A DNA stretch of 11,524 nucleotides from a virus (IMGVR_UViG_2534681657_000015:1-11524), one strand, 5' to 3'; counted from the first letter of the stretch, positions 1 to 7,479 are shown. Notes: generated by a model from the letters alone, not told the origin. Numbers and translations are program-made.

Positions 1-1284
1 TTACTTCTTCGCCTCTGCAACCACTTTACTACCCACGCCGCGGTTATTGTATTCCCACATGCGGTTGTAGTTAGTGTCATTCAGATTGCGCTGTATTTCG
101 TCGTTATCATCTACGCTGCCGGTATTACCCGCAAACGGACGATTAGAGATCACCGCATCGGCCCACGGTTTAGCCGTGTTAAAACCTTCGTTGATGGCGC
201 TATCACGGATCACCACCTGACCGTTGGTATTGGCATCAACATCCAGCGAGCGGCCCAGTTGCGCCACACCATCACCGAAAGCATTGAAACGGCTGTTTAC
301 GGCGAGGAAACCGTAGTAAATGTTGGACAGCGTAGCCGGTGCAAACACATACGCTTCTTGCTGAGTACGTGAGTTCACCACGCGGAATTCGGTGTTATCG
401 AACACCACTGCGCCGCGACCAGAAACGATATCCACATCCCCTTCAATGTAGCTGTTGGTCACCAGCGTACGCGGCTGACGGTTGGTTTCCAGACGGTTCT
501 GCACACCGCTGTTGGTGACAAAGAAGGTGTTCTGACGACCGAGAATGTTAACGTTGTTAATCTGTACCTGGTCACCATCAGTACGCAGTGCCACCGCCGG
601 ATGGTTACCTGCATCTACGCTATCGCCCAGCGTGTTTTCGATGGTCAGATTTTGCAGTTGCAGGCCATTGTTTTGTGACCAGAAGACCGCAGAGCAGAGA
701 ACACCGATACTGTCGCTGCGTTTGCTCTGGCAGCTATCGTACATATACCACGCTGGTTTACCTGGCATATATTTGCCGCGCGGGTTGACGTCGTGACGCC
801 AGTCGGCAGGGCTCATGCCACCATCAAGGGAAAGCCCAATCTTCACATCAATCGGTTTTTCACCTGTACCGTACAGAGTAATTCCACCCGGAGCGGCAGG
901 GACATATACCGTTCCCTGATACTCACCAGGCATCACGGCAATATACTGGCGCTTGTTGGTACGCTTGATAATTGCCGCATCTACCGCCGCCTGAATCGTG
1001 GTATGCGTTACACCTTGAGTGCCCGCCGGGCCGACAACAAAGTCAGGTTGCGCAGGCAGGGTAATCGGGGAAGGATTCCACGCTGCAGCACCTGGTGTCA
1101 GGGATGCAAAATAGTGTTGAGCATCGAAATTCTGCGCTTCTTTTGCCGACAGAATCGGGCGAGAAGAGGTACCAGGCGCGGTTTGATCAGAAGGACGTTG
1201 ATCGGGCGGGGTTGAGCTACAGGCGGTCAGCGTCACGCCAAAAGCCAATGCCAGCGCCAGACGGGAAACTGAAAATGTGTTCAC
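1..1284 (-). CDS. ybhC: Host outer-membrane lipoprotein of the pectinesterase-like family (YbhC-type), complete ORF with signal peptide and lipobox
   Basis: 427-aa ORF; N-terminus MNTFSVSRLALALAFGVTLTAC is a lipoprotein signal peptide with an L-T-A-C lipobox; the body is Gly/Asn-rich and beta-helix-like, typical of pectinesterase-fold proteins. ybhC is the gene I recall flanking E. coli attB-lambda on the gal side, consistent with the adjacent att core. Confidence 0.85.
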   Translation of the reverse strand: MNTFSVSRLALALAFGVTLTACSSTPPDQRPSDQTAPGTSSRPILSAKEAQNFDAQHYFASLTPGAAAWNPSPITLPAQPDFVVGPAGTQGVTHTTIQAAVDAAIIKRTNKRQYIAVMPGEYQGTVYVPAAPGGITLYGTGEKPIDVKIGLSLDGGMSPADWRHDVNPRGKYMPGKPAWYMYDSCQSKRSDSIGVLCSAVFWSQNNGLQLQNLTIENTLGDSVDAGNHPAVALRTDGDQVQINNVNILGRQNTFFVTNSGVQNRLETNRQPRTLVTNSYIEGDVDIVSGRGAVVFDNTEFRVVNSRTQQEAYVFAPATLSNIYYGFLAVNSRFNAFGDGVAQLGRSLDVDANTNGQVVIRDSAINEGFNTAKPWADAVISNRPFAGNTGSVDDNDEIQRNLNDTNYNRMWEYNNRGVGSKVVAEAKK

Positions 1285-1320
1285 AGGTTGCTCCGGGCTA
1301 TGAAATAGAAAAATGAATCC

Positions 1321-1428
1321 GTTGAAGCCTGCTTTTTTATACTAAGTTGGCATTATAAAAAAGCATTGCTTATCAATTTGTTGCAACGAACAGGTCACTA
1401 TCAGTCAAAATAAAATCATTATTTGATT
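1321..1428. other. attL: Prophage attL (B-O-P'): 15-bp lambda core GCTTTTTTATACTAA at 1331-1345 followed by the lambda P' arm with arm-type Int sites (AGGTCACTAT, CAGTCAAAAT)
   Basis: Direct read: gaagcctGCTTTTTTATACTAAgttggcattataaaaaagcattgcttatcaatttgttgcaacgaacaggtcactatcagtcaaaataaaatcattatttg matches the lambda attP P' arm from memory; the left side of the core is bacterial (B arm) sequence; the int stop codon lies inside the P' arm as in lambda. Confidence 0.85.
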
Positions 1429-2489
1429 TCAATTTTGTCCCACTCCCTGCCTCTGTCATCACGATACTGTGATGCCATGGTGTCCGACTTATGCCCGAGA
1501 AGATGTTGAGCAAACTTATCGCTTATCTGCTTCTCATAGAGTCTTGCAGACAAACTGCGCAACTCGTGAAAGGTAGGCGGATCCCCTTCGAAGGAAAGAC
1601 CTGATGCTTTTCGTGCGCGCATAAAATACCTTGATACTGTGCCGGATGAAAGCGGTTCGCGACGAGTAGATGCAATTATGGTTTCTCCGCCAAGAATCTC
1701 TTTGCATTTATCAAGTGTTTCCTTCATTGATATTCCGAGAGCATCAACATGCAATGCTGTTGGGATGGCAATTTTTACGCCTGTTTTGCTTTGCTCGACA
1801 TAAAGATATCCATCTACGATATCAGACCACTTCATTTCGCATAAATCACCAACTCGTTGCCCGGTAACAACAGCCAGTTCCATTGCAAGTCTGAGCCAAC
1901 ATGGTGATGATTCTGCTGCTTGATAAATTTTCAGGTATTCGTCAGCCGTAAGTCTTGATCTCCTTACCTCTGATTTTGCTGCGCGAGTGGCAGCGACAGG
2001 GTTTGTTGTTATATGGCCTTCAGCTATTGCCTCTCGGAATGCATCGCTCAGTGTTGATCTGATTAACTTGGCTGACGCCGCCTTGCCCTCGTCTATGTAT
2101 CCATTGAGCATTGCCGCAATTTCTTTTGTGGTGATGTCTTCAAGTGGAGCATCAGGCAGACCCCTCCTTATTGCTTTAATTTTGCTCATGTAATTTATGA
2201 GTGTCTTCTGCTTGATTCCTCTGCTGGCCAGGATTTTTTCGTAGCGATCAAGCCATGAATGTAACGTAACGGAATTATCACTGTTGATTCTCGCTGTCAG
2301 AGGCTTGTGTTTGTGTCCTGAAAATAACTCAATGTTGGCCTGTATAGCTTCAGTGATTGCGATTCGCCTGTCTCGGCCTAATCCAAACTCTTTACCCGTC
2401 CTTGGGTCCCTGTAGCAGTAATATCCATTGTTTCTTATATAAAGGTTAGGGGGTAAATCCCGGCGCTCATGACTTCGCCTTCTTCCCAT
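1419..2489 (-). CDS. int: Tyrosine site-specific integrase, lambda Int type
   Basis: 356-aa ORF beginning MGRRRSHERRDLPPNLYIRNNGYYCYRDPRTGKEFGLGRDRRIAITEAIQAN, matching lambda Int in length and sequence from memory; C-terminal catalytic region with HELRS...LGH...Y; sits immediately beside attL. Confidence 0.97.
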   Translation of the reverse strand: MGRRRSHERRDLPPNLYIRNNGYYCYRDPRTGKEFGLGRDRRIAITEAIQANIELFSGHKHKPLTARINSDNSVTLHSWLDRYEKILASRGIKQKTLINYMSKIKAIRRGLPDAPLEDITTKEIAAMLNGYIDEGKAASAKLIRSTLSDAFREAIAEGHITTNPVAATRAAKSEVRRSRLTADEYLKIYQAAESSPCWLRLAMELAVVTGQRVGDLCEMKWSDIVDGYLYVEQSKTGVKIAIPTALHVDALGISMKETLDKCKEILGGETIIASTRREPLSSGTVSRYFMRARKASGLSFEGDPPTFHELRSLSARLYEKQISDKFAQHLLGHKSDTMASQYRDDRGREWDKIEIK

Positions 2490-2685
2490 TTCTGATCCTC
2501 TTCAAAAGGCTACCTGTTACTGGTCGATTTAAGTCAACCTTTACCGCTGATTCGTGGAACAGATATTCTCTTCCATCCTTAACCGGAGGAGGGAATATCC
2601 TGCATTCGCGCACCCATCGACGAACTGTTTCAAGGCTTCTTGGGCGTCGCTGGCGAGCGTTCCACTCCTGAAGTGTCAAGTACAT
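2467..2685 (-). CDS. xis: Excisionase, lambda Xis type
   Basis: 72-aa ORF MYLTLQEWNARQRRPRSLETVRRWVRECRIFPPPVKDGREYLFHESAVKVDL; overlaps the int start by 23 nt as in lambda. Confidence 0.95.
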   Translation of the reverse strand: MYLTLQEWNARQRRPRSLETVRRWVRECRIFPPPVKDGREYLFHESAVKVDLNRPVTGSLLKRIRNGKKAKS

Positions 2686-2710
2686 CGCAAAGTCTCCGCA
2701 ATTACACGCA

Positions 2711-2732
2711 AGAAAAAACCGCCATCAGGCGG
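2711..2732 (-). terminator. Candidate intrinsic terminator on the minus strand (stem CCGCC / loop TGAT / GGCGG, then a TTTTTT run), overlapping the stop codon of the upstream 55-aa ORF
   Basis: Plus strand 2711-2732 agaaaaaaccgccatcaggcgg; its reverse complement gives a 5-bp GC stem followed by a U-run in the leftward transcript. Confidence 0.4.
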
Positions 2733-2892
2733 CTTGGTGTTCTTTCAGTTCTTCAATTCGAATATTGGTTACGTCTGCATGTGCTATCTGCGCCCACAGC
2801 ATCCAGTGGTCATAGCAGTCGCTGATGTTCTCGGCTTCGATAACTCTGTTGAATGGTTCTCCATTCCATTCACCTGTGACTCGGAAGTGCAT
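2725..2892 (-). CDS. Small hypothetical phage protein (55 aa), MHFRVTGEWNGEPFNRVIEAENISDCYDHWMLWAQIAHADVTNIRIEELKEHQAA
   Basis: Hand translation of the minus strand; ATG at 2892-2890 preceded by a GGGGA Shine-Dalgarno about 6 nt upstream; position corresponds to a small unnamed ORF I recall just upstream of xis in lambda. Not in the supplied ORF track (below its length cutoff); the overlapping 66-aa track ORF 2784-2984 is in another frame and has no comparable RBS. Confidence 0.45.
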   Translation of the reverse strand: MHFRVTGEWNGEPFNRVIEAENISDCYDHWMLWAQIAHADVTNIRIEELKEHQAA

Positions 2893-3134
2893 TTATCATC
2901 CCCATAAAACAAACCCCGCCGTAGCGAGTTCAGATAAAAGAAATCCTCGTCAGTGCGAGGATGCTGTTCATTGCTGCTATACACTTTTTTGCTCTCAACG
3001 TAAGCGGTAGCCCATTCTGTTGGGTTGGTGCAGTTGCTTTTAGGAAATGCTATTTACCCCTTAAATGTCGGCTGAAAGAGCTAAAATCCATGCAAAAAAT
3101 TTACGCAATTTTGTGTATTATTGTGCAGTAAGTA

Positions 3135-3737
3135 ATGAGCTATTTTCTGCGCAAAAAATGGATGGTAAATTTGTCCGGGTCAGGAAAAATTTTATGGGCG
3201 CTAAACATGAAAAAAGATTCGTATCCTTATTTGATTTGCATGACAGTTTCAGGGCTGATCTTTATTTTCCTTTTCTTCTGGTGGCGGGCAGATATCTACA
3301 GGGTCACGTTTCTTAATCAGAGTATATCCCACTATTACATTCTGTTTAGCATGGGAATAGCTTTTCTGTTATCTCTGTTTTGGGTTAAGAAGGGGATAGT
3401 AAAACAAAGCGGCTGGAAGAGTCTGTCAGCATACCTTAAGGTTTATGCAGGGATGTGCATATTTGCTGGATTTTTTCTGATTATACCCCTTACGACACTA
3501 ACTTATTTTTTGCCTGGAGAGACATCGTCTTATGTTGCACCGTATCGGTATACTTCCGGTAGTTCAAAAAGTTGTTCTGGAGCTGAGGTGGATGACCCCG
3601 ATCTACATGAGAATATTCGCATTTGCTATCCGTATGGCAATTATGAGTACGATAATATTATCTATGTTGAAAAGAAAATTAATATATTAGGTGCGGTAGT
3701 GACATATGCACAGACCGCGCGTGATGATACTGAATGA
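3135..3737 (+). CDS. Hypothetical integral membrane protein (about 177-200 aa) with three predicted TM helices and a Cys-containing soluble C-terminal domain; accessory (moron-like) gene, function unknown
   Basis: Long plus-strand ORF in a clearly AT-rich segment; hydrophobic stretches YLICMTVSGLIFIFLFFWW, YYILFSMGIAFLLSLFWV and GMCIFAGFFLIIPLTTLTYFL; C-terminal ~75 aa hydrophilic with three Cys. Start is uncertain: candidates are 3135 (longest), 3162 and 3207 (MKKDSY..., typical of a membrane protein N-terminus); none has a strong SD. Opposite orientation to the surrounding early-left operon. Confidence 0.6.
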   Translation: MSYFLRKKWMVNLSGSGKILWALNMKKDSYPYLICMTVSGLIFIFLFFWWRADIYRVTFLNQSISHYYILFSMGIAFLLSLFWVKKGIVKQSGWKSLSAYLKVYAGMCIFAGFFLIIPLTTLTYFLPGETSSYVAPYRYTSGSSKSCSGAEVDDPDLHENIRICYPYGNYEYDNIIYVEKKINILGAVVTYAQTARDDTE

Positions 3738-3781
3738 TATAGTATATAGCGGGCAAGTTTTAGTTAATTTATCGAGGTAAT

Positions 3782-3805
3782 ATAATTTACCTCGACTCGT
3801 TTGTT
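3782..3805 (+). terminator. Perfect 9-bp inverted repeat TCGAGGTAA-tataat-TTACCTCGA just downstream of the membrane-protein gene; possible terminator or operator-like palindrome
   Basis: Direct read of 3782-3805; followed by ctcgtttgttc (only moderately T-rich); the loop is the hexamer TATAAT. Confidence 0.3.
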
Positions 3806-3947
3806 CTGGTATTAATATTTCGCTTTACGACCGATTTTTATCTGATGATATCATGCGGTTTTCATATACTGACTTACTGTCTTTTCTCCGTTAGCGATTT
3901 TCTCCTGCTCAGCGATGATTTTATCTTTGGCTTCTAGTTAATTTCGC

Positions 3948-4169
3948 TCACTTCGAACCTCTCTGTTTACTGATAAGCTCCAGATCTTGCTGGCAACTGG
4001 CACAAGTCCGACAACCCTGAACGGCCAGTCGTCTTCGTTCATCTATCGGATCGCCACACTCACAACAATGAGTGGCAGATATAGCCTGGTGGTTCAGGCG
4101 GCGCATTTTTATTGCTGTGTTGCGCTGTAATTCTTCAATTTCTGATGCTGAATCAATTATGTCTGCCAT
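3948..4169 (-). CDS. DksA/TraR-family C4 zinc-finger protein (73 aa), likely RNA-polymerase secondary-channel binder
   Basis: MADIIDSASEIEELQRNTAIKMRRLNHQAISATHCCECGDPIDERRRLAVQGCRTCASCQQDLELISKQ: a CxxC-(17)-CxxC zinc-finger preceded by an acidic, probably coiled-coil N-terminus, the architecture of TraR/DksA-type proteins; size and position fit the lambda Orf73 TraR-like protein as I recall it. Confidence 0.7.
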   Translation of the reverse strand: MADIIDSASEIEELQRNTAIKMRRLNHQAISATHCCECGDPIDERRRLAVQGCRTCASCQQDLELISKQRGSK

Positions 4170-4220
4170 CTTTCATTAATCCCTGAATTGTTGGTTAATA
4201 CGCTTGAGGGTGAATGCGAA

Positions 4221-4247
4221 TAATAAAAAAGGAGCCTGTAGCTCCCT
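4221..4247 (-). terminator. Candidate intrinsic terminator on the minus strand (GGAGC / TACAG / GCTCC followed by TTTTTTATT)
   Basis: Plus strand taataaaaaaggagcctgtagctccct; the reverse complement gives a stem-loop plus U-run between the 71-aa ORF and the TraR-like gene. Confidence 0.35.
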
Positions 4248-4267
4248 GATGATTTTGCTTTTCATGT

Positions 4268-4483
4268 TCACCGTTCCTTAAAGACGCCGTTCAACATGCC
4301 GATCGCCAGGCTTAAATGAGTCGGTGTGAATCCCATCAGCGTTACCGTTTCGCGGTGCTTCTTTAGTACGCTACGGCAAATGTCATCGACGTTTTTATCC
4401 GGAAACTGCTGTCTGGCTTTTTTGATTTCAGAATTAGCCTGACGGGCAATGCTGCGAAGGGCGTTTTCTTGCTGAGGTGTCAT
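4268..4483 (-). CDS. Hypothetical small phage protein (71 aa from MTPQQENALRSIARQANSEIKKARQQ...; the track extends it to 93 aa from an ATG at 4549)
   Basis: Minus-strand ORF; the 4483 start forms an ATGA overlap with the stop of an upstream 27-aa micro-ORF, suggesting translational coupling; the 4549 start has no SD and is immediately preceded by an in-frame stop. Confidence 0.45.
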   Translation of the reverse strand: MTPQQENALRSIARQANSEIKKARQQFPDKNVDDICRSVLKKHRETVTLMGFTPTHLSLAIGMLNGVFKER

Positions 4484-4563
4484 TGAACAAGCCCCATGTC
4501 GGCAAGCATAAGCACACAGAATATGAAGCCCGCTGCCAGAAAAATGCATTCAGTGGTTGTCAT
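4480..4563 (-). CDS. Candidate 27-aa hydrophobic micro-ORF (MTTTECIFLAAGFIFCVLMLADMGLVQ), translationally coupled on both sides
   Basis: Hand translation; its ATG overlaps the orf63-like stop (ATGA at 4563-4560) and its stop overlaps the ATG of the 71-aa ORF (ATGA at 4483-4480). Too short for the ORF track. Confidence 0.25.
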   Translation of the reverse strand: MTTTECIFLAAGFIFCVLMLADMGLVQ

Positions 4564-4751
4564 ACCTGGTCTCTCTCATCTGCTTCTGCTTTCGCCACCA
4601 TCATTTCCAGCTTTTGTGAAAGGGATGCGGCTAACGTATGAAATTCTTCGTCTGTTTCTACTGGTATTGGCACAAACCTGACTCCAATTTGAGCGAGGCT
4701 ATGTGCCATCTCGATACTCGTTCTTAACTCAACGGGAGATGCTTTGTGCAT
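4560..4751 (-). CDS. Small early-left protein, lambda orf63-like (63 aa)
   Basis: [63 protein letters not shown]; size and position (second ORF upstream of exo) match lambda orf63 from memory. Confidence 0.65.
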   Translation of the reverse strand: MHKASPVELRTSIEMAHSLAQIGVRFVPIPVETDEEFHTLAASLSQKLEMMVAKAEADERDQV

Positions 4752-4906
4752 ACAGCTCCCCGTTTATTATTTATCTCCTCAGCCAGCCGCTGTGCTTTCA
4801 GGGGATTTCTGATAACAGAAAGGCCGGGAAATACCCAGCCTCGCTTTGTAACGGAGTAGACGAAAGTGATCGCACCTACCCGGATATTATCGTGAGGATG
4901 CTTCAT
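4724..4906 (-). CDS. Small early-left protein, lambda orf60a-like (60 aa from [17 protein letters not shown]...)
   Basis: The ATG at 4906-4904 forms an ATGA overlap with the exo stop (4903-4905); 60 aa matches lambda orf60a; the track's longer 62-aa version starts at 4912. Confidence 0.65.
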   Translation of the reverse strand: MKHPHDNIRVGAITFVYSVTKRGWVFPGLSVIRNPLKAQRLAEEINNKRGAVCTKHLPLS

Positions 4907-5583
4907 CGCCATTGCTCCCCAAATACAAAACCAATTTCAGCCAGTGCCTCGTCCATTTTTTCGATGAACTCCGGCACCATCTCGTCAAAACTCGCCATGT
5001 ACTTTTCATCCCGCTCAACCACGACATAATGCAGGCCTTCACGCTTCATACGCGGGTCATAGTTGGCAAAGTACCAGGCATCTTTTCGCGTCACCCACAT
5101 GCTGTACTGCACCTGGGCCATGTAAGCCGACTTTATGGCCTCGAAACCACCGAGCCGGAACTTCATGAAATCCCGGGAGGTAAACGGGCATTTCAGCTCA
5201 AGGCCATTGCCGTCACTGCATAAACCATCGGGAGAGCAGGCGGTACGCATACTTTCGTCGCGATAGATGATCGGGGATTCAGTAACATTCACGCCGGAAG
5301 TGAATTCAAACAGAGTTCTGGCGTCGTTCTCGTACTGTTTTCCCCATGCCAGCGCCTTAGCATTAACTTCCGGAGCCACACCGGTGCAAACCTCAGCCAG
5401 CAGGGTGTGGAAGTAGGACATTTTCATGTCAGGCCACTTTTTTCCGGAGCGGGGTTTTGCTATCACATTGTGAACTTCTGAAGCGGTGATGACGCCGAGC
5501 CGTAATTTGTGCCACGCATCATCCCCCTGTTCGACAGCTCTCACGTCGATTCCGGTACGCTGCAGGATAATGTCCGGTGTCAT
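4903..5583 (-). CDS. exo: Lambda exonuclease (Red-alpha), 5'-3' dsDNA exonuclease
   Basis: 226-aa [68 protein letters not shown]..., matching lambda Exo from memory in length and sequence; ATGA overlap with the bet stop. Confidence 0.97.
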   Translation of the reverse strand: MTPDIILQRTGIDVRAVEQGDDAWHKLRLGVITASEVHNVIAKPRSGKKWPDMKMSYFHTLLAEVCTGVAPEVNAKALAWGKQYENDARTLFEFTSGVNVTESPIIYRDESMRTACSPDGLCSDGNGLELKCPFTSRDFMKFRLGGFEAIKSAYMAQVQYSMWVTRKDAWYFANYDPRMKREGLHYVVVERDEKYMASFDEMVPEFIEKMDEALAEIGFVFGEQWR

Positions 5584-6365
5584 GCAGCCACCTTCTGCTC
5601 AGTGGCTTTCTGTTTCAGGAATCCAAGAGCTTTCACTGCTTCGGCCTGTGTCAGTTCTGACGATGCGCGAATGTCGCGGCGAAATATCTGGGAACAGAGC
5701 GGCAATAAGTCGTCATCCCATGTTTTATCCAGGGCAATCAGCAGAGTGTTAATCTCCTGCATGGTTTCATCGTTAACCGGAGTGATGTCGCGTTCCGGCT
5801 GACGTTCTGCAGTGTATGCGGTATTTTCGACAATGCGCTCGGCTTCATCCTTGTCATAGATACCCGCAAATCCGAAGGCGAGACGGGCACACTGAATCAT
5901 GGCTTTATGCCGTAACATCCGTTTGGGATGCGACTGCCACGGTCCGGTGATTTCTCTGCCTTCGCGGGTTTTGAATGGTTCGCGGCGGCATTCATCCATC
6001 CACTCGGTAACGCAGATCGGATGATTGCGGTCCTTGCGGTAAATCCGGCATGTGCAGGATTCATTGTCCTGCTCAAAGTCCATGCCATCAAACTGCTGGT
6101 TTTCATTGATGATACGGGACCAGCCATCAACGCCCACCACCGGAACGATGCCGTTCTGCTTGTCAGGGAAGGCGTAAATTTCTTTCGTCCACGGATTAAG
6201 GCCGTACTGGTTGGCGACGATCAGCAATGCGATGAACTGCGCATCGCTGGCATCACCTTTAAATGCCGTCTGGCGAAGAGTGGTGATCAGTTCCTGTGGG
6301 TCGACAGAATCCATGCCGACGCGTTCAGCCAGCTTCCCAGCCAGCGTTGCGAGTGCTGTACTCAT
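5580..6365 (-). CDS. bet: Red-beta single-strand annealing protein (recombinase)
   Basis: 261-aa [75 protein letters not shown]..., lambda Bet. Confidence 0.97.
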   Translation of the reverse strand: MSTALATLAGKLAERVGMDSVDPQELITTLRQTAFKGDASDAQFIALLIVANQYGLNPWTKEIYAFPDKQNGIVPVVGVDGWSRIINENQQFDGMDFEQDNESCTCRIYRKDRNHPICVTEWMDECRREPFKTREGREITGPWQSHPKRMLRHKAMIQCARLAFGFAGIYDKDEAERIVENTAYTAERQPERDITPVNDETMQEINTLLIALDKTWDDDLLPLCSQIFRRDIRASSELTQAEAVKALGFLKQKATEQKVAA

Positions 6366-6370
6366 CCGTT

Positions 6371-6787
6371 TTATACCTCTGAATCAATATCAACCTGGTG
6401 GTGAGCAATGGTTTCAACCATGTACCGGATGTGTTCTGCCATGCGCTCCTGAAACTCAACATCGTCATCAAACGCACGGGTAATGGCTTTTTTGCTGGCC
6501 CCGTGGCGTTGTAAATGATCGATGCAGAGTGATTCAAACAGGTGCTGGGGCAGACCTTTTTCCATGTCGTCTGCCAGTTCTGCCTCTTTCTCTTCACGGG
6601 CGATCTGCTGGTAGTGACGCGTCCAGCTCTGAGCCTCAAGACGATCCTGAATGTAATAAGCGTTCATGGCTGAACTCCTGAAATAGCTGTGAAAATATCG
6701 CCCGCGAAATGCCGGGCTGATTAGGAAAACAGGAAAGGGGGTTAGTGAATGCTTTTGCTTGATCTCAGTTTCAGTATTAATATCCAT
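6371..6787 (-). CDS. gam: Gam, RecBCD nuclease inhibitor (138-aa long form; the short form would start at the internal [13 protein letters not shown])
   Basis: 138-aa ORF ending ...[22 protein letters not shown], lambda Gam from memory; located immediately upstream of bet. Confidence 0.95.
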   Translation of the reverse strand: MDINTETEIKQKHSLTPFPVFLISPAFRGRYFHSYFRSSAMNAYYIQDRLEAQSWTRHYQQIAREEKEAELADDMEKGLPQHLFESLCIDHLQRHGASKKAITRAFDDDVEFQERMAEHIRYMVETIAHHQVDIDSEV

Positions 6788-6885
6788 TTTTTATAAGCGT
6801 CGACGGCCTCACGAAACATCTTTTCATCGCCAATAAAAGTGGCGATAGTGAATTTAGTCTGGATAGCCATAAGTGTTTGATCCAT
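6742..6885 (-). CDS. kil: Kil (host cell-division inhibitor), 47 aa
   Basis: Internal Met of the 89-aa track ORF gives [47 protein letters not shown] (47 aa); the upstream part of the track ORF overlaps cIII in another frame. Confidence 0.8.
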   Translation of the reverse strand: MDQTLMAIQTKFTIATFIGDEKMFREAVDAYKKWILILKLRSSKSIH

Positions 6886-7018
6886 TTTTTGGGACTCCTG
6901 GCTGATTAAGTATGTCGATAAGGCGTTTCCATCCGTCACGTAATTTACGGGTGATTCGTTCAAGTAAAGATTCGGAAGGGCAGCCAGCAACAGGCCACCC
7001 TGCAATGGCATATTGCAT
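6854..7018 (-). CDS. cIII: CIII, FtsH (HflB) protease inhibitor, 54 aa
   Basis: Hand translation [54 protein letters not shown], matching lambda CIII from memory; below the ORF-track length cutoff. Confidence 0.85.
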   Translation of the reverse strand: MQYAIAGWPVAGCPSESLLERITRKLRDGWKRLIDILNQPGVPKNGSNTYGYPD

Positions 7019-7090
7019 GGTGTGCTCCTTATTTATACATAACGAAAAACGCCTCGAGTGAAGCGTTATTGGTATGCGGTAACGCCGCGC

Positions 7091-7459
7091 TCAGGCGGCT
7101 TTGATAGTCATATCATCTGAATCAAATATTCCTGATGTATCGATATCGGTAATTCTTATTCCTTCGCTACCATCCATTGGAGGCCATCCTTCCTGACCAT
7201 TTCCATCATTCCAGTCGAACTCACACACAACACCATATGCATTTAAGTCGCTTGAAATTGCTATAAGCAGAGCATGTTGCGCCAGCATGATTAATACAGC
7301 ATTTAATACAGAGCCGTGTTTATTGAGTCGGTATTCAGAGTCTGACCAGAAATTATTAATCTGGTGAAGTTTTTCCTCTGTCATTACGTCATGGTCGATT
7401 TCAATTTCTATTGATGCTTTCCAGTCGTAATCAATGATATATTTTTTGATGTTTGACAT
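7091..7459 (-). CDS. ea10: Ea10-like early protein (122 aa), acidic; reported ssDNA-binding-like function in lambda
   Basis: 122-aa ORF MSNIKKYIIDYDWKASIEIEIDHDVMTEEKLHQINNFWSDSEYRLNKHG...; size and position (next gene upstream of cIII) match lambda ea10. Confidence 0.75.
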   Translation of the reverse strand: MSNIKKYIIDYDWKASIEIEIDHDVMTEEKLHQINNFWSDSEYRLNKHGSVLNAVLIMLAQHALLIAISSDLNAYGVVCEFDWNDGNGQEGWPPMDGSEGIRITDIDTSGIFDSDDMTIKAA

Positions 7460-7479
7460 CTATTCATATCCTCACAGAT

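Noticed and set aside
545-1316. Plus-strand ORFs (83, 66, 140, 73 aa) inside and antisense to ybhC
   Set aside because: Entirely embedded in the opposite strand of a well-supported 427-aa gene; Arg/Cys-rich, low-complexity translations typical of antisense frames in GC-rich coding DNA.
1670-2193. Plus-strand ORFs (65 and 68 aa) antisense to int
   Set aside because: Embedded in int on the opposite strand with no RBS; frame artefacts.
2554-3010. ORFs 2554-2907 (+), 2640-2825 (+), 2825-3010 (+) and 2784-2984 (-) around xis and the 55-aa ORF
   Set aside because: They overlap xis or the RBS-supported 55-aa minus-strand ORF in other frames and have no start signals; the 66-aa minus ORF in particular lacks the GGGGA SD that the 55-aa frame has.
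3065-3316. 83-aa plus-strand ORF in the alternative frame at the 5' end of the membrane-protein gene
   Set aside because: Overlaps the membrane-protein ORF for most of its length in a different frame, and the membrane-protein frame continues with coherent TM helices while this one ends after 83 aa; a short upstream leader peptide cannot be fully excluded.
4496-5223. Plus-strand ORFs (61, 108, 103 aa) antisense to the orf63/orf60a/exo region
   Set aside because: Antisense to translationally coupled minus-strand genes; no independent support.
6385-6400. Chi-like sequence cctggtgg near the gam start
   Set aside because: One base off the canonical GCTGGTGG Chi octamer, so not called as a Chi site.
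5486-6639. ORFs antisense to or overlapping bet/gam (5486-5752, 5509-5802, 5897-6130, 5928-6404, 6211-6483, 6325-6639)
   Set aside because: All lie within the strongly supported bet and gam genes in other frames or on the other strand.
7040-7100. Two small hairpins between cIII and ea10 (AACGC...GCGTT and GCCGC...GCGGC)
   Set aside because: Short stems with weak or absent U-tracts; they could be RNA processing or weak termination signals but the evidence is insufficient for a feature call.
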